From IMG/VR virus record IMGVR_UViG_3300024331_000070, positions 3,615-67,614 of that record: DNA of 64,000 bases; one strand, given 5' to 3'. This DNA comes from a virus (lineage: Duplodnaviria; Caudoviricetes). The notes under the pieces were generated by a model. It was not told where the DNA came from. It was given only the letters and a program-made list of their open reading frames with translations, and did not search any database. Numbering within the stretch: position 1 is the stretch's first letter; each line of letters starts with the position of its first letter. This document shows positions 62,364 through 64,000 of this stretch, piece after piece. The position numbers and the translations under genes were made by a program.

Positions 62364-62710
62364 GCATAATGCCACGCTCATTCTTCCACGACTTCATCCG
62401 CGACGACGGCTCGCCCGTCACGGTCGAATTCGAACACGGAGACTACGTCATGATCGTCGACGTGATGCCGAACACGCCGGACTTTGATCGCCTCTGCGGG
62501 GAACAACTATGTCTGACGAGGACCGTATACGGCGGTCCGATAGACCTGGCCCTGATGGACACCGAAACACGCGAGCGCCTTGCCGAACTGGATGCGCAGA
62601 TGGCGGCGGCAAAGGCCGCCTGCAAACTCACAGACGCGGAAGACAATCGCATGTGCGCGTGGCTCGCCGAGCATCACGTCGTCGACTATTCCGACGATAT
62701 CGAATTCTGA
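62360..62710 (+). CDS. Hypothetical early protein
   Basis: 116 aa, coupled. Confidence 0.6.
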   Translation: MSIMPRSFFHDFIRDDGSPVTVEFEHGDYVMIVDVMPNTPDFDRLCGEQLCLTRTVYGGPIDLALMDTETRERLAELDAQMAAAKAACKLTDAEDNRMCAWLAEHHVVDYSDDIEF

Positions 62711-62719
62711 GGAATCAAA

Positions 62720-62935
62720 ATGACCCGCCGCGATCGCCTCGTCCGCATTCTCGAAAACTTCGGCAACCTGCAGCACCGCAACGTCAAGTGGGAGCTTGAC
62801 CGACTGCTCGTCAGGCACGGGCTTTCGCTGTTCACCGACGAAGCAATCGAAATGCTCACCCGCGCAGTCGTGCGCGACTGGAAGCGAACGCAGCGCATGA
62901 ATCGCGAGAACCGAAAGCTGAGGGCCTTATCGTGA
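62720..62935 (+). CDS. Hypothetical early protein
   Basis: GAGG ribosome site; 71 aa. Confidence 0.6.
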   Translation: MTRRDRLVRILENFGNLQHRNVKWELDRLLVRHGLSLFTDEAIEMLTRAVVRDWKRTQRMNRENRKLRALS

Positions 62936-63447
62936 CGGACGAGATCAACGAAGACCTCAAGAATCAATTGCTCAAAACGCTGGACGCCGGGCTCAGCGAG
63001 GATGGCCTCAAGAGGATGAAAAAGCACGTCCAGAGTTTCCTCGACGAAATCGAGTCCGACATCGAATACCGCATGAAAGACGACCTCGCGCCGATGCTTG
63101 CGGGCTACGTCTCCGACATGGTGACCCGCACGATCGATGCCATCCTCAAGGGCAATGAGCGGGAAATCAGGCGCTACCTGAGTTGCGAATCTGGACGCCA
63201 TCAGGGCCGCAGCGGCGATCCATATAGCTATCGTGACGCGGCAGAACAGCACCCGGTCATCCATGGGGCGCTACATGAAAATAGCTGCGTGGCGCTGCGA
63301 CGCATGATCGTGGACGCGCATCGCGACCTGATCACGAGCGAGCGCATCATCGACCTTGAGGATCAGGTCAAGTCGCTGGTGGCGCAGGTCAACAAAGCTG
63401 AGGCCGAGCGCGAGGCCATGTGGGAACGAGTGAGGGCGTTCGCATGA
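62932..63447 (+). CDS. Hypothetical coiled-coil early protein
   Basis: 171 aa, GTGA overlap. Confidence 0.65.
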   Translation: MTDEINEDLKNQLLKTLDAGLSEDGLKRMKKHVQSFLDEIESDIEYRMKDDLAPMLAGYVSDMVTRTIDAILKGNEREIRRYLSCESGRHQGRSGDPYSYRDAAEQHPVIHGALHENSCVALRRMIVDAHRDLITSERIIDLEDQVKSLVAQVNKAEAEREAMWERVRAFA

Positions 63448-63620
63448 CGGTCCTCCTCACCTGCGCCCTCGTCTTCGCCATCGGCTTCCAGGCCGGCGCT
63501 CTTTTGGTGGCGACGAGCCTGATCCTGACGGAGCGGGAGACGGAGCCCGCACCGATACGGGCGCCGGAGTCGGCGATGTTTCCGAGCTATCAGCGCTATC
63601 TCGAAGCGAGAGCGACATGA
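63444..63620 (+). CDS. Small membrane protein
   Basis: N-terminal TM; ATGA overlaps at both ends. Confidence 0.5.
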   Translation: MTVLLTCALVFAIGFQAGALLVATSLILTERETEPAPIRAPESAMFPSYQRYLEARAT

Positions 63621-63883
63621 GCTACGACGCTTGGAAAACACGTTCGCCCGATGACGAGCTACGCGACGCCGATGCTGCGCCTTTCGAAGACGAGCCCACC
63701 GAACTCGACGAGGTTTACGGGCTTCTCGACAAGGCCAAGCTCGCGAACTCCGCGCTCCGCGCCTCGCTCCGCGACTTTGTCGTGATCATGGAAATGGACA
63801 TCGAGCTTGGCCACATCGTGCCAGGCGATACCCGCCGGACCATGATCGAGATTGCCAAGGAATTGATCAGCAAGAGGGATTGA
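63617..63883 (+). CDS. Hypothetical early protein
   Basis: MSYDAWKTRSPDDE start. Confidence 0.65.
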   Translation: MSYDAWKTRSPDDELRDADAAPFEDEPTELDEVYGLLDKAKLANSALRASLRDFVVIMEMDIELGHIVPGDTRRTMIEIAKELISKRD

Positions 63884-63888
63884 GCGCA

Positions 63889-64000
63889 ATGCCCAAGATC
63901 GTGACCTCTTACGTCTTCCCGCCGATCCCCGACCGCCGCTTCGATTGGTCGGCATGGCGCGACGGCGACGAACCGAACGACGATGGGCAGATGACGATCG
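63889..64000 (+). CDS. Hypothetical protein, truncated by window edge
   Basis: MPKIVTSYVFPPIPDRRFDWSA... Confidence 0.5.
   Translation, partial: MPKIVTSYVFPPIPDRRFDWSAWRDGDEPNDDGQMTI

Larger units (their letters stand above)
1..64000. mobile_element. Temperate podovirus-like phage genome, near complete and circularly permuted
   Basis: Integration, immunity, replication, packaging, head, tail and lysis modules all present; no host housekeeping genes. Confidence 0.93.

Noticed and set aside
1-64000. Classification as a T7-like lytic phage (Autographiviridae)
   Set aside because: No single-subunit RNA polymerase or T7-type DNA polymerase in the window; control and replication genes are lambda-like and temperate

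Overview
The whole window is one high-GC temperate tailed-phage genome; no host genes are visible. A GcrA-like gene and Rhizobiales-type small genes point to an alphaproteobacterial host. The virion module has podovirus (T7/BPP-1-like) order on the minus strand: TerS, TerL, portal, scaffold, major capsid, Bbp16-like cement, tail tubular A and B, a GNAT-like internal protein, three ejection proteins, tail fibres and lysis genes. Control is lambda-like: cI/cro with 13-bp operators, a DUF1376 initiator, a NusG-family late regulator, and xis/int. Phage genes flank the integrase on both sides, so this looks like a circularly permuted, excised form with attP near 3 kb and a genome above 64 kb. Main oddities: (1) five proteins in the virion operon, including the T7 gp17-type tail fibre, carry Sec-type signal peptides and even numbers of mature cysteines, suggesting export and assembly outside the cytoplasm; (2) the TerL intein carries a complete HNH gene overprinted in another frame; (3) a GT-A glycosyltransferase and a B12-dependent radical SAM gene sit in the capsid operon; (4) a cluster of tRNA-like structured sequences lies at 250-650; (5) a transposase-less IS1-like cassette carries a GNAT toxin-antitoxin-like pair; (6) an endonuclease VII gene has duplicated and recoded the 5' end of its target gene. 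All family assignments come from motif recognition by eye; no searches were run.
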